Assembly (NCBI GenBank): GCA_963981035.1
Contig: CAXCCF010000001.1
Span: forward strand, 90,572-154,571
DNA from: an uncultured euryarchaeote
GTDB lineage: Archaea > Thermoplasmatota > Poseidoniia > Poseidoniales > Poseidoniaceae
Reading direction: 5' to 3'
Length of the DNA stretch: 64,000 nt
Below the pieces are notes generated by a model. That model searched no databases and was not told the DNA's origin. It saw nothing but the letters and a program-made list of their open reading frames with translations. Positions 28,077 through 38,676 of the stretch are shown here, in pieces. A program made the position numbers and the translations under genes. Within the stretch, counting starts at the first letter, position 1. Every line of letters begins with the position of its first letter.

Positions 28077-29000
28077 TCACTCTGCTTTATTCTCACGGTA
28101 ATTTTGCAGGTGAGTTGGAAGGTTTAATGCAAACAATCCGCCTACTACTAAGAATACGAATAATGTACCAAGTGCAACACCATATACTGAAATCAATTCA
28201 ACTGATTCTTCCATACGCATTGCCACATCTTCAGAAAAGATTCCAACGATGAATGGCAAAATATTGTTTGCATTCAAAACGATCATCGCCATAATAGTAG
28301 CAAGAATAGGATTCAAAATAAGTGAGCGATGGTACTTTCCAACAATCTTCTTAGGATTCATCACATATACCTCATTGGTTCTAATACTCGTATCTAGCAT
28401 AGAGTAGCGAATAACTCCATTTGATAATTCGAAATACATTATCAACAGTACAGCATAGACTACAACCAAAATTGACAACATAGTTGGACTATCTGAAAAT
28501 CCAAAGACATCATTAGATAAAGTCACCTTTGATGATGCGAACCTCAAGATTGCTAATATGAATAATAAATTGCTTGCAATTGAGAAACGTGCATCCCTTT
28601 GGAAAGTTCCCCAGAAACCAGCAACTGTTGCTGCTATTATTACTATCATCTGCATAATGAATGCAAATCCAAGGCTTCCAGTCATCATATACCATATTGA
28701 TCCTTCCTCTGGCGAGACAATGAATGTTAGAAGAGCGAGAGCAATTAGAACTCCATAGACACCAATCTGAAGGTTTTGGACCATCTTATCTGGAGGTAGG
28801 AATTTCATCTTTGGCACAAGAGGACCGCCTAATAGGCTTTCAATGAAGGTTGGAATTTCAACTTCAGGAATCGCGTCCTTTGGTATTTCTGAACCAAGGC
28901 CCATTTGTCCTGCTGCTTTCTTTCTTGATGGGGCGGCTGAACGAACAGTCTTTCCATCATACAAGTGTGAAGTATCTCCGGATGGCTTCTTAATTGTCAT
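28077..29000 (-). CDS. Hypothetical polytopic membrane protein (last gene of the MoxR operon)
   Basis: About 6 hydrophobic segments; GAGGTGA RBS; 9 bp after the DUF58 gene. Confidence 0.65.
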   Translation of the reverse strand: MTIKKPSGDTSHLYDGKTVRSAAPSRKKAAGQMGLGSEIPKDAIPEVEIPTFIESLLGGPLVPKMKFLPPDKMVQNLQIGVYGVLIALALLTFIVSPEEGSIWYMMTGSLGFAFIMQMIVIIAATVAGFWGTFQRDARFSIASNLLFILAILRFASSKVTLSNDVFGFSDSPTMLSILVVVYAVLLIMYFELSNGVIRYSMLDTSIRTNEVYVMNPKKIVGKYHRSLILNPILATIMAMIVLNANNILPFIVGIFSEDVAMRMEESVELISVYGVALGTLFVFLVVGGLFALNLPTHLQNYRENKAE

Positions 29001-29009
29001 AATCTCACC

Positions 29010-30323
29010 TCAGAATCCTCTTGCTCCTGCAAGTGCTGTAGATAGTAGCATATCAGGCTCCCAATCCATAATATTGACGCCGAGACCTCTTAATTCACTA
29101 ATTAGTACATCTCTTTCAGTCTTCATTACTTCATATCCAGTTCGGTCAAGACGCTTGGCGTCAAACTCAAATTCAAGAGATGATGGTGAAAGAACTGTAA
29201 CATCGAAGTTCCTTGCTCTAAAGTCACGTAGTGCATTAACAATTGTTGGATCGTCTTCAAGATTCGATAAGAATATGATCGGACTACCCTTGTTGATGTG
29301 CGGCATTATTCTGTTCACTACTACTTGTAGTGGAATATTACCACCAGCAACAGCACCTGATAACTTGGTTAGAATAATGTATAGTTGCTTCTTTCCAGTA
29401 TCCCTATCAACACTGACAACTTCATTTCCGTATGTGATAACACCAACGGAGTCACGACGTCCTAAGAAATACTTAGCCAATGATGCTGCAGCTCTTGTTG
29501 AATAAACCAATGCATTTCTAGAAACTGGACCAGTTTCAGAAACTGCTCTTGAATCAACTATGATAATGATATCAGAAACTGCATCACGTTCACGTTCGTT
29601 AACCATCAATTTACCACTTCTAGCATATGCTGACCAGTTAATTGCTCTAAAGGAATCTCCTTCAAAATATTCACGCAGTGAATAGAATTCTGAACCAGGA
29701 CCTGGTTGTCTGATATTTACCGCACCGGTGAAAATCTTCGGAACACGAGACTTGACGAATGTGTCACTGAGGTCTTCCATCTTAGGGAATACAAGGAAAT
29801 CATTGTAGACATGCAATTCTTTTTCCTTGTGAAATAATCCGAAAGCGTCTTGGATCCTAACAGCCACAGGACCCAGACTATAGAAGCCACGTAGTGGGCA
29901 TTCAACAGTGTATTCAATCAGTGTTTCACGGCGAGGACCTAGTTCCATCAAGATGTAATTAGAACCCTTTTTGATTCTCATTACTTCTGGAACTCTATCT
30001 CTTACCTCCAATATCTTGGCTAATGAAGAGTGATTTTGCATTCGCAACGTTACATCTAACTCCCCGTCTTCGAAAATCCGAGCGCTAGATAATTTACGCA
30101 TTGCAGAGACATTGCCCAGTGCTGCTCCTTCTTCTCCCTTCCATTCATCTGCACGACGCCCAGTACTTGCGACGTCTGCATGGCCACCGAAAAGGGCAGC
30201 CCAGGTAAGGAAAACAAAGATGACTACGGCAATAGTAACAAGTTGGGTATTACGTAGGGTGAGTCCAAGTAAATACATGGACACAGCCAAACTTCCTAAC
30301 ATTGCTGATTTACGACTCCACAT
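29010..30323 (-). CDS. DUF58 (vWA-like) MoxR-associated protein
   Basis: GSEFYSLREYFEGDSFRAINWSAYAR; IIVDSRA; N-terminal TM helices. Confidence 0.9.
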   Translation of the reverse strand: MWSRKSAMLGSLAVSMYLLGLTLRNTQLVTIAVVIFVFLTWAALFGGHADVASTGRRADEWKGEEGAALGNVSAMRKLSSARIFEDGELDVTLRMQNHSSLAKILEVRDRVPEVMRIKKGSNYILMELGPRRETLIEYTVECPLRGFYSLGPVAVRIQDAFGLFHKEKELHVYNDFLVFPKMEDLSDTFVKSRVPKIFTGAVNIRQPGPGSEFYSLREYFEGDSFRAINWSAYARSGKLMVNERERDAVSDIIIIVDSRAVSETGPVSRNALVYSTRAAASLAKYFLGRRDSVGVITYGNEVVSVDRDTGKKQLYIILTKLSGAVAGGNIPLQVVVNRIMPHINKGSPIIFLSNLEDDPTIVNALRDFRARNFDVTVLSPSSLEFEFDAKRLDRTGYEVMKTERDVLISELRGLGVNIMDWEPDMLLSTALAGARGF

Positions 30324-30358
30324 CTAAAACACCTCTTTATCAATTATAGAGTTTAGAT

Positions 30359-31510
30359 TCAAACAGTAGGAACTGGTACTTCGCGTAAAATTGTTTGGAT
30401 TACTTCGCCGGCTTCAAGACCCTTAATTTGATGTTCAGGTTTGAGGATAATACGGTGTGCAATTGCAAGTTCTGCAATTGACTTGATATCATCAGGCGTA
30501 ACGAAATCACGGCCACGTAGAGCAGCAGATGCACGGGAAGTCTTCAGAAGAGCTTGGCTACCACGAGGGGAAGCGCCGACGAGAACACGAGGGTCCTCAC
30601 GGGTTCTTGCTACAACTTCTACCATGTACATACGAAGTGCTGGGTCAACATATACGTCTTCACAAGCTTGTTGCATTGCAATAACTCGTTGTGGGTCAGT
30701 GATTACATCGACATCGACTGCATCCTTTCCACGTGTAATACGACGGGATAGAATTTCGTCTTCATCTGCACGGTCTGGATATCCTACGGACATCTTGAAC
30801 ATGAAACGGTCAAGTTGTGCTTCTGGAAGAGGGTAAGTACCTTCTTGCTCTACAGGGTTCTGAGTTGCCATTACAATAAATGGTGCAGGTAACTTGTGAG
30901 TTACTGTTCCGATTGTAACTTGCTTCTCTTGCATAGCCTCAAGCAAAGCAGCTTGAGTCTTTGGTGGAGCACGGTTAATCTCATCCGCTAGTAGAAGGTT
31001 ACAGAACAAAGGTCCTGGCTTGAAAGTAAATTCTCCCTTCTTAGCATCATAGATGTTAGTACCGGTGATATCAGCTGGTAACAAATCCGGTGTAAATTGT
31101 ACACGCTTAAAGTCACAGCCGAGTGCATCGGCAAAGGTGTTTGTCATCAGAGTCTTAGCCAAACCTGGGTAATCTTCGAAGAGAAGGTTACCGTTGGAGA
31201 GGATATTAATCAACACGTTATCAATAACGTGAGCCTTACCGATAATTACCTTTTGAACTTCCGCAGAAATCGCTGTTGCGATCGCTCCGACTGCTTGTAG
31301 GCGTTCTCGGACCTCAGGTGTGCTCTGATGTCTTGGTTGGGCAGTAGCTGCAGGCATTGGTGCTGGGGCTGGTGCTGCTGGCGCTGGTGCTGCTGGTGCT
31401 ACTGCTGGCATTGGAGCCGCAGGGGCAGGGGCAGGCATAGGCGCTGCAGGGGCCACAGGTGCCGCTGGTGCAGGAACTGCTGGGGCTGCTGGTGGTGCTG
31501 GGGGTTGCAT
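30359..31510 (-). CDS. moxR: MoxR-family AAA+ ATPase with Pro/Ala-rich N-terminal extension
   Basis: DYPGLAKT, RVQFTPDLLPADITG, DEINRAPPKTQAALLEAMQE, YPLPEAQLDRF. Confidence 0.95.
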   Translation of the reverse strand: MQPPAPPAAPAVPAPAAPVAPAAPMPAPAPAAPMPAVAPAAPAPAAPAPAPMPAATAQPRHQSTPEVRERLQAVGAIATAISAEVQKVIIGKAHVIDNVLINILSNGNLLFEDYPGLAKTLMTNTFADALGCDFKRVQFTPDLLPADITGTNIYDAKKGEFTFKPGPLFCNLLLADEINRAPPKTQAALLEAMQEKQVTIGTVTHKLPAPFIVMATQNPVEQEGTYPLPEAQLDRFMFKMSVGYPDRADEDEILSRRITRGKDAVDVDVITDPQRVIAMQQACEDVYVDPALRMYMVEVVARTREDPRVLVGASPRGSQALLKTSRASAALRGRDFVTPDDIKSIAELAIAHRIILKPEHQIKGLEAGEVIQTILREVPVPTV

Positions 31511-31526
31511 GTCAATTTCCTCCTAT

Positions 31527-33116
31527 TTATTTACCCCAACGCCGGATTTGGGGAATTACTTCCCTTAGTTCTTCGTTGGAGTAGGCACGATTACTGCTGA
31601 TTAATTCAACCAATCGTGGGTCGCGGACTAATTGCATTATTTCCGCTTGGCTCTTAAGTGCGAATTCATCGCGCGTTAAGTCATTAAATTGACGCACCTT
31701 TGAGAGCATCGCTTCTCTGGTGCGCATATGATATTGTGAAGAGTCAACCTTGTTAGGGCGTTCGCGGAAGCGAGTCAAATCAAAGACATGTCTCCAGTTT
31801 TCTTTCTCTGGTACAACCATTATTGCAATGGATAGAAGAGCGAATAAATTGAGAATAATTAACCACTTCAATACTACATCGCTAGTGAGCAATACGATTG
31901 CACCCATCGCTTCTGTAAATGGCATACTCAATGCGCTTGAAACGTGTCTACTTTCATCAAATACCAAATTGAATTGATCAGGATGACTGGTGATGGTCGT
32001 TGACATATCTTTATTGTCAAATTCCATCATATCAAAAATGAGTGCTGTGAAATATTGAGAGTTACCATTCCATTGTGTTGAACCTTGGGCTGCGGATAAT
32101 CCATCGCTTGCCGTACTCCAGCACTTGTGATTGTTTTCAACATAATATGGGGAAGTGCACTGCAACTTACCAGTTTCTCCAGCCAAGTCAAAATCCCACA
32201 GATGGTTTGCAAACACAGAGTGGTCAGAAACGAAAACGATACTTCCAGTTGCTGAAATACTACCAACCTCGTTGTGAGGTTTCTTGTCGATAATATTTCC
32301 ACTAGTTATTGGATAATCAATACGAACTATTAGTCCAGTTTTTCCTTCACCCAATGTAGGATTGTTGTTGTTGTTGACATCCATGTCGTGACGAGCGATG
32401 AATGCAGGTGTTGATGCGTGAGCTAATACACTGATTTCACGACCGGTGTCTGCCTGCTCATCCAATACTTGGATTGCAGTAGGACGGTGGAATAGCACCG
32501 GCATTCTACAATTGCTAATTTGCTGATTTGTAATCATAGTTTGACTACAAGGGATTCTAGATTCTTCTCCCATTTCTGTAACTTCTCTATCAATGCTTGC
32601 AACTGACCAAAGCCTTCTCTGGTCTGGGTCAATTCGCTCACCAGTTTCATCTGCAACTTCATAATATTGGTAAGGGTCAACTACTGGTGCATCGAAATAT
32701 TTGACGCCGAATTCTTCAGCGACCAATTGAGCATTCGTACTATTTGCTGCAAGTATTACTTTACCACCTTTATTGGCAACGAAGTCATACAATGCTGCTG
32801 CTTCAGCGGAATCGAATGGTTTCTCTGGTGCAGCAATTACCAAAAGGGTGCGATGTGGTTCTTTCCAATCATTTACCAGCATTGGAGTTGACATGGTGTT
32901 TGCAACATTGTAACCTACTCCACCATCTCCCAAATCTGTACGCATTACCGTCAATTGTTGATCGGAATAATCAGGACTGTTATCATAAGGAGAAAATACA
33001 GTTTCTTTGTTTGAAGAAACTAAAGCAATCACTACGGTTGATAGTAACAATGACGAAATCAAGCCAACCATTAACCACGTTTCAAGACTGAAACGGGAAC
33101 CATTGCTCTCTGCCAT
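31527..33116 (-). CDS. DUF4350-like membrane-anchored extracytoplasmic protein
   Basis: N- and C-terminal TM helices; LYDFVANKGGKVILAAN, GSIVFVSDHSVFAN, VFDESRH; sits upstream of moxR as is typical. Confidence 0.65.
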   Translation of the reverse strand: MAESNGSRFSLETWLMVGLISSLLLSTVVIALVSSNKETVFSPYDNSPDYSDQQLTVMRTDLGDGGVGYNVANTMSTPMLVNDWKEPHRTLLVIAAPEKPFDSAEAAALYDFVANKGGKVILAANSTNAQLVAEEFGVKYFDAPVVDPYQYYEVADETGERIDPDQRRLWSVASIDREVTEMGEESRIPCSQTMITNQQISNCRMPVLFHRPTAIQVLDEQADTGREISVLAHASTPAFIARHDMDVNNNNNPTLGEGKTGLIVRIDYPITSGNIIDKKPHNEVGSISATGSIVFVSDHSVFANHLWDFDLAGETGKLQCTSPYYVENNHKCWSTASDGLSAAQGSTQWNGNSQYFTALIFDMMEFDNKDMSTTITSHPDQFNLVFDESRHVSSALSMPFTEAMGAIVLLTSDVVLKWLIILNLFALLSIAIMVVPEKENWRHVFDLTRFRERPNKVDSSQYHMRTREAMLSKVRQFNDLTRDEFALKSQAEIMQLVRDPRLVELISSNRAYSNEELREVIPQIRRWGK

Positions 33117-33351
33117 TTTTTATCTCTCCTGCGGCGTTTGCATAAGCATAACTCAATACAAGCATTCGTCGGAACTTCACTCCACTCATAATAGTTATCC
33201 ATCACTGCGCATAAACATTTGTTTATTACACACCCTTTTCCTATTCAAATACAGCGAATAATGCCGAAATGCGGAAGGTTTGCGCCGAATATTTACATTG
33301 GCAATTATTATGCAAATTTTCTAATATCTGCGAGAGATAATCAAAAACAGG

Positions 33352-34305
33352 TTATTCACCTCTCTTAGGGTAATAAAATGCTAAAATCAGAATGAAAAAT
33401 AACTCATAAAAGCCAATCCATGACAAATCGCTCGAATTTTCACTCAAACCATCACTACTTGATGAGCCGCCATCAGAGGATTGGTCATTGTCAACAATCT
33501 CTGCAGCTGTGACTTTAACATCAAAAGTGGTTGAACGAACCCTTGTATCTCCTTCTGAAGTAACTGAGAAAGTCACTTCACATGTTCTTCCAGGGTGGCT
33601 AGCAGAAGCAATAAATTTCACGTCAAAACCTTTTGCAGTATTATTGTCCAAGTCTGTTGGTTCAACGATTAAATTGTCAAACTGTTCTAAACCTTCCACA
33701 TTTAGATTTGGACAACTCCTAATGTTGATATCTGCACTTGTTACCGCATCCTTATGATTACCCCAATTGGAAATTAGAACTTCAACTTCAATCCAGGTGT
33801 CAGAGTACATTGTTTGGCCTTCAACATCATCAGGCTGTAAATTGAATATTTTTGGCAGCATTATTTCTGCATCAATCTCTTGGCTGGAAACAGTTTGATC
33901 AGATATTACTTCTTCCGCAGTCAATATCAGAGAATATGAATCCGAAGGGCTGAAACTACGAATATCAAGAGCGCTATTTTCTGTTAAAGTAAATGTGAAA
34001 GAAGTATTCTCTCCTCCTGCAATAGTTCCAGATTCAGGACCCTCAACCTCAAAGGGATTTTCCGAATCCCAATCTAATACTAAATTTACATTTAATTCAC
34101 TTTGGCGAGAATTTTCAATAAATATTACTAACGTTCCGCTAATATCCCAATCATCTTCCATCTCGACCTCATAAGACCCATCAACATCGGTAACCCAGCC
34201 CAATTCCCAACTTTGAGTTTCGAACTGGGCTGATGTGTTTAATGAAATCGGCAATAACAACAGGATGATTAGTGCTACAACAATTCTTGTTTTTATACGA
34301 ATCAT
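33352..34305 (-). CDS. Secreted beta-rich protein with C-terminal sorting-signal-like anchor
   Basis: Signal peptide; V.V.ISNWGN..D motif; Ser/Gly linker then WIGF, hydrophobic helix and KR; GAGGTGA RBS. Confidence 0.6.
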   Translation of the reverse strand: MIRIKTRIVVALIILLLLPISLNTSAQFETQSWELGWVTDVDGSYEVEMEDDWDISGTLVIFIENSRQSELNVNLVLDWDSENPFEVEGPESGTIAGGENTSFTFTLTENSALDIRSFSPSDSYSLILTAEEVISDQTVSSQEIDAEIMLPKIFNLQPDDVEGQTMYSDTWIEVEVLISNWGNHKDAVTSADINIRSCPNLNVEGLEQFDNLIVEPTDLDNNTAKGFDVKFIASASHPGRTCEVTFSVTSEGDTRVRSTTFDVKVTAAEIVDNDQSSDGGSSSSDGLSENSSDLSWIGFYELFFILILAFYYPKRGE

Positions 34306-34314
34306 TATTTCACC

Positions 34315-35289
34315 TCAGCGCAAAAAACCATCAATTGCTCGCTTGGTCAATACTCTAACCATCTTCTTACGATATCTTGGAGTTAGAGTTGTATTATTTA
34401 CTGGCTTTATTGATTTTTGAATGGCTACTGAAAGAGATTTAACACTATCAATGCCGTTCCAACCTTCTTCCAGCACTGCGGATACTTGTTCATCGTGCAT
34501 CTTTGGTATTGATTCTAAAGCAGTAGATGCGATAAGAATAGAATTTTCATCTCCTGCTATCCATGATGCAGCAACACCTGCCTCTGGGAAATCCCAAGAA
34601 TCACGAACACGCAATTTTTGATAACAACCAATTCTTTGTTGTGATTCTGCTGGAAGGGTTACTTTGAGCAAAAACTCACCCTCCTCAAGAACATTCTTCT
34701 TCTTTCCATCCAACTGATAAAAATCACAAATTGGTACTTGTCTTTGCCCCGAAGGACCAACGATGTGAATCATCCCTTCAAGTACCATCAAGTTAGGAGC
34801 AATGTCTCCTTGATATGTAGCAACACATAGTGTATTTTGGTTAGGAATAACCCTACAATCAGCTCCAGTCCCACAGTCTGCTTTGTGGCACCAATCAATA
34901 CTACGCCTCCAATCTTCTCCTTGATTATACCAGAAACAACGAGTATCAAGACAAAGGTTTCCTCCAAGTGTTGCGTTGTTTCTAATCAAAGAAGAGGCTA
35001 CTTTAGAAGCGGCTTCAGCAATCAGTGGATGGACTCCATTCTCTTCGGTTAATTCGGATAATCGTGCCATACAACCAATTTCAGTAGCAGAGATCACATT
35101 AGACCCTTGTATTTTAGCAAGAGAAATTACATGTGGTTTTGTATTGATGTGCCATTTGTAATTCGGAATCAAATCTGTTCCGCCCGCAACCCAATCAAAT
35201 TTCTGACCTTCTTCCATCAAGTTCTGTGCAATTTCACATGCCTGCTCTACAGAAGTAGGGTGGTGTAGTGTAAAAGGTGGCATTAGCAT
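34315..35289 (-). CDS. Molybdenum hydroxylase FAD subunit with [4Fe-4S] insert (HcrB-like)
   Basis: AGGTDLIPN, NATLGGNLCLDTRCFWYNQ...WC...C...C.ATYQGDIAP, KLRVRDSWDFP. TGATG coupling to the large subunit. Confidence 0.85.
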   Translation of the reverse strand: MLMPPFTLHHPTSVEQACEIAQNLMEEGQKFDWVAGGTDLIPNYKWHINTKPHVISLAKIQGSNVISATEIGCMARLSELTEENGVHPLIAEAASKVASSLIRNNATLGGNLCLDTRCFWYNQGEDWRRSIDWCHKADCGTGADCRVIPNQNTLCVATYQGDIAPNLMVLEGMIHIVGPSGQRQVPICDFYQLDGKKKNVLEEGEFLLKVTLPAESQQRIGCYQKLRVRDSWDFPEAGVAASWIAGDENSILIASTALESIPKMHDEQVSAVLEEGWNGIDSVKSLSVAIQKSIKPVNNTTLTPRYRKKMVRVLTKRAIDGFLR

Positions 35290-38093
35290 CAATTCTCACC
35301 TCCCATGTTTCGTTGTTCTTTTTTGAGCCAGGCTTTACCTGCAAAACCAAGTTCTGCTAATTGCTCAGGGAGTGGTTCTGTTGCGGCTCTCCATCCTTCC
35401 ACTTGATCTTCGAGAGGGATATTTGGGTCAAATCCGAATAGCACTCCATTGACATATGCAGAGGTATCTTCGCTTCGTTGGCGTGCGACATCTCTGATTT
35501 TATGCTGTGCAGCCCTCTCAACAACAACTTGTTGCATAGCCGAATGAGTTAACCTAGGGCTTTCTAAGTCAAGTGCATCGTCAACAGATAGAGCCTTCAT
35601 TTTCTTTTCAATAGCGAAAAATACAGTATCAGGAGTCAATGGTAAATCATTGATTCTAATTCCAATAGCATCGTAGACTGAATTGACTACTGCTGGTAAT
35701 ATCGGCAATAATGGCCCTTCTCCTGCTTCTTTTGCACCGAATGGCCCTTCCGGGTCACAAGACTCTACGATAATTGGCTCAACATGAGGCATTTCATGGA
35801 CTGATGGAATCTTGTATTCTAACAGATTAGCATTTTGTAAATGCCCAGTTCTTCCATAGACCATTTCTTCTGAAATTACTTGCCCAAGTCCCATGTGGCA
35901 AGAGCCAATAATCTGCCCTTTTACAGCCAAAGGATTCAATGCTTTACCGCAATCGTGAGCGGCCCAAACATTTGTACATTTTATTTGGCCGGTTTCAACA
36001 TCCACATCAGTTTCTGCAACATATGCAGAAAACGAATAAGCAGGTGCTAATCCAGCTGCTGCACCCTTGTGTACACCGCCCATTGGAGGTGAACGATATG
36101 CTCCGCTGGAAATTAGTGCACCTTTATCCTCTTGTGCCTTATGCAGTGCTTTAAGGTATGAAACACCGATGGAAGGGTCGTGTTTGTAGTAAATTCTCCT
36201 GTCGTTTAGTACCAAAAGGTCTGGGTGATATCCAAGCATTTCCCAAGCAGCGTTTAGCAACTTATCTCGAATCTCAATCGCTGCGCGAATTGCAGCATTT
36301 GCATTCATGAAAGTAACACGACTGGAATATGAACCAAGATCAACAGGGCTAGTATCACTTTCATGTGAACGAACGTGAATCATTTCAATTGGCAGTGCCA
36401 ATACTTCAGCAACTACTTGCGCTACTGCCGTGGTAGAACCTTGACCGATATCTGCGGCACCTGAATGGACTGTTACGCCTCCATCCATGTCAACTTGGAT
36501 ATGTACGGTTGCGTGAGGGAACTTGTTTGGATCCCAATGAATCGGTAGACCAGAACCACTAATGAAAAATCCACAACCGATTCCAATTCCTTTGCCGAGT
36601 GGTAGTTGCCTGAACTTATTATCCCAATCTGATTGCTCTCTCACCTTTTCAAGTGCTTCACGCATACCATTGCTGGTAATTCTAAACCCACTGATTGTCC
36701 TACTATGTGGCGGTAGTAAATTTGCCAACCTCAAATCTATTGGATCGACTGATAAATCCTCGGCCATTTGGTCAAGACCAACTTCAACAGCACATCTTGT
36801 ATTGACTGCTCCATGGCCTCTCATCGCACCACTTGCAGGTTTATTTGTCCAAACTCTTGCACCTGTATAATGGAATGAACCCAATTCATATGGGGCGGTT
36901 GCAAGGACTCCATTGTAATATGATGTGACATGGCCGAAACTTGCGAATCCACCGCCATCGATTAATGCATCAATATCAAATCCTGTGATTCTTGCATCAT
37001 CATCAGCACTCATTTTCACTTCAATGTGGCTTGGATGGCGCCCTCTATTGATCATGTAGACTTCTTCTCTGTCAAATGTAATCCTCACTGGTCGTCCACA
37101 TTTGCGCGATAATAACGCCGCACACATTTCGTGCGGGAATGGGTCTGATTTTCCACCGAATCCTCCACCAACAAAGGTTCTAATGACATTGATTTGGTGC
37201 ATTGGAACTGCTAATACCGTTGATAGAGCGCGATGTGTATAGTGTGGAACTTGACTTGGCGTGTATAATTGTAAACGACCATTTGGGTCCCAATGAGCAA
37301 CTACGGCATGGGGTTCAGTAAACCCATGGTGAACCCCTTTCATGGTCCACTTGTTGTGGTTGCTTGCCGAAGGTTTGTCAATCAGGCTACGGTCTCCAAA
37401 TTCTTGGAACACTCGCTTTTGTACATTGGTCTTAGCAAGATGGTACTTTCCTCTCCAATGAATTGGTTCATCAGCATCTTCCAAACCTTTCTTCGGGTCA
37501 AAGACCGGTTCAAGTTCTTCATATTCAACTTCAAACAATGAAAGTGCGTGTAACGCTGTTGCCTCATCAACTGCTGCCACACATGCAACTAAATCTCCCA
37601 CGTGTCGGACTTTTTCCACCGCCATTGCATGTTCGTCTTTGGTTACTGGTAATACGCCAAAACTGTTAGGAGAATCCTCTCCAGTCGCTACGGCTAATAC
37701 GCCCGGTAATGCCTCAACTTTACTGGTATCAATGGAAATTACCTTGGCGTAGTGGTGTGGTGAGCGCAATATTTTTGCAATACATTCGTTTGGTAATCTT
37801 ACATCATCACCATACCATGCTTGTCCTGTAACTTTTGCATTGGAATCAACCAATTTTGTAGATTTACCAACCGTTGTACCGGTTCTTGCTCTATCGTGGA
37901 CATGCGAACCGGCTGGTTGTTTTTCACGACCTCCAACCATTTCAGGAATATATTGAAGGTCACGTTCTGCCATTTTTGGCCTAGAACCACCGGAACCTGG
38001 TGGTGGGAAGGATTGCTTTCCTGCAACTCGCTTTCCATCTTTGCGAGTATTATTTCCACCACTACCTGGCTGCTGCTTGTATCCTCCAGACAT
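35289..38093 (-). CDS. Xanthine-oxidase-family molybdopterin-binding large subunit (HcrA-like)
   Basis: VGGGFGGK, GAMRGHG, DIGQGS, GSYSSR, GPFGAKEAGEG. Start moved to ATG 38093 after GAGGTGA. Confidence 0.88.
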   Translation of the reverse strand: MSGGYKQQPGSGGNNTRKDGKRVAGKQSFPPPGSGGSRPKMAERDLQYIPEMVGGREKQPAGSHVHDRARTGTTVGKSTKLVDSNAKVTGQAWYGDDVRLPNECIAKILRSPHHYAKVISIDTSKVEALPGVLAVATGEDSPNSFGVLPVTKDEHAMAVEKVRHVGDLVACVAAVDEATALHALSLFEVEYEELEPVFDPKKGLEDADEPIHWRGKYHLAKTNVQKRVFQEFGDRSLIDKPSASNHNKWTMKGVHHGFTEPHAVVAHWDPNGRLQLYTPSQVPHYTHRALSTVLAVPMHQINVIRTFVGGGFGGKSDPFPHEMCAALLSRKCGRPVRITFDREEVYMINRGRHPSHIEVKMSADDDARITGFDIDALIDGGGFASFGHVTSYYNGVLATAPYELGSFHYTGARVWTNKPASGAMRGHGAVNTRCAVEVGLDQMAEDLSVDPIDLRLANLLPPHSRTISGFRITSNGMREALEKVREQSDWDNKFRQLPLGKGIGIGCGFFISGSGLPIHWDPNKFPHATVHIQVDMDGGVTVHSGAADIGQGSTTAVAQVVAEVLALPIEMIHVRSHESDTSPVDLGSYSSRVTFMNANAAIRAAIEIRDKLLNAAWEMLGYHPDLLVLNDRRIYYKHDPSIGVSYLKALHKAQEDKGALISSGAYRSPPMGGVHKGAAAGLAPAYSFSAYVAETDVDVETGQIKCTNVWAAHDCGKALNPLAVKGQIIGSCHMGLGQVISEEMVYGRTGHLQNANLLEYKIPSVHEMPHVEPIIVESCDPEGPFGAKEAGEGPLLPILPAVVNSVYDAIGIRINDLPLTPDTVFFAIEKKMKALSVDDALDLESPRLTHSAMQQVVVERAAQHKIRDVARQRSEDTSAYVNGVLFGFDPNIPLEDQVEGWRAATEPLPEQLAELGFAGKAWLKKEQRNMGGEN

Positions 38094-38097
38094 GATT

Positions 38098-38676
38098 TCA
38101 CCTCGCGTGTCCTGGTGGCATATTCGGTTGTTCTGGACCGGTTGGATGCGGGTCTGGATGAGGCGAACTTGCCGGTTGTTCTGGCTCAACTTCACCTCTA
38201 TGAATGGCGGCTGCTTCCTGAATAGATTCAACAATTTGTTGGTAACCAGTACATCTGCAAAGATTTCCTTCTATTGCAGTCTTCACTTCTTCATCTGTTG
38301 GGGAAGTATTTGTATTGAGTAATGATTGAGCTGCAATTAGGAATCCAGGGGTACAAAATCCACACTGTGAACCACCATACTTTGCAAAACAATTCTGAAT
38401 TGGAGCAAGATGTGCCCCGTCTGCAAGCCCTTCTACAGTAAGGATCTCACTATCAGATACTTGTCCGGCAAGAGTGAGACAAGATAACTGTGGTTGGCCA
38501 TCGACCATTACCGTACAACAGCCACAAGTTCCCAAATCACAACCTCTCTTTACACCTAGAGTTCCAACTTTATCTCGTAGAACATCCAGTAATGTTGCAT
38601 TTGATGTTGTAAGGACTTCAATTGCCTCTCCGTTGACCTTTGCTGACCAGATTTCCTTGTCTCCACAAGGAAGCAT
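38098..38676 (-). CDS. 2x[2Fe-2S] small subunit (HcrC/CoxS-like)
   Basis: GCDLGTCGCCTV, QCGFCTPG, GNLCRCTGY. ATG 38676 preferred as start. Confidence 0.92.
   Translation of the reverse strand: MLPCGDKEIWSAKVNGEAIEVLTTSNATLLDVLRDKVGTLGVKRGCDLGTCGCCTVMVDGQPQLSCLTLAGQVSDSEILTVEGLADGAHLAPIQNCFAKYGGSQCGFCTPGFLIAAQSLLNTNTSPTDEEVKTAIEGNLCRCTGYQQIVESIQEAAAIHRGEVEPEQPASSPHPDPHPTGPEQPNMPPGHAR

Noticed and set aside
31328-31600. Cys/Trp/Arg-rich ORF resembling a peptide precursor
   Set aside because: It is the antisense reading of the Pro/Ala tract of moxR.
33117-33351. 235-bp intergenic region as an sRNA; TTGCATAA/TTATGCAA pair
   Set aside because: No convincing stable structure; the 8-mers are 170 bp apart in AT-rich DNA and could be chance.
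34315-38676. Aerobic CO dehydrogenase (coxMSL)
   Set aside because: The active-site loop is AMRGHG, not AYxCSFR (form I) or AYxGAGR (form II), and the FAD subunit carries a Cys-rich insert.
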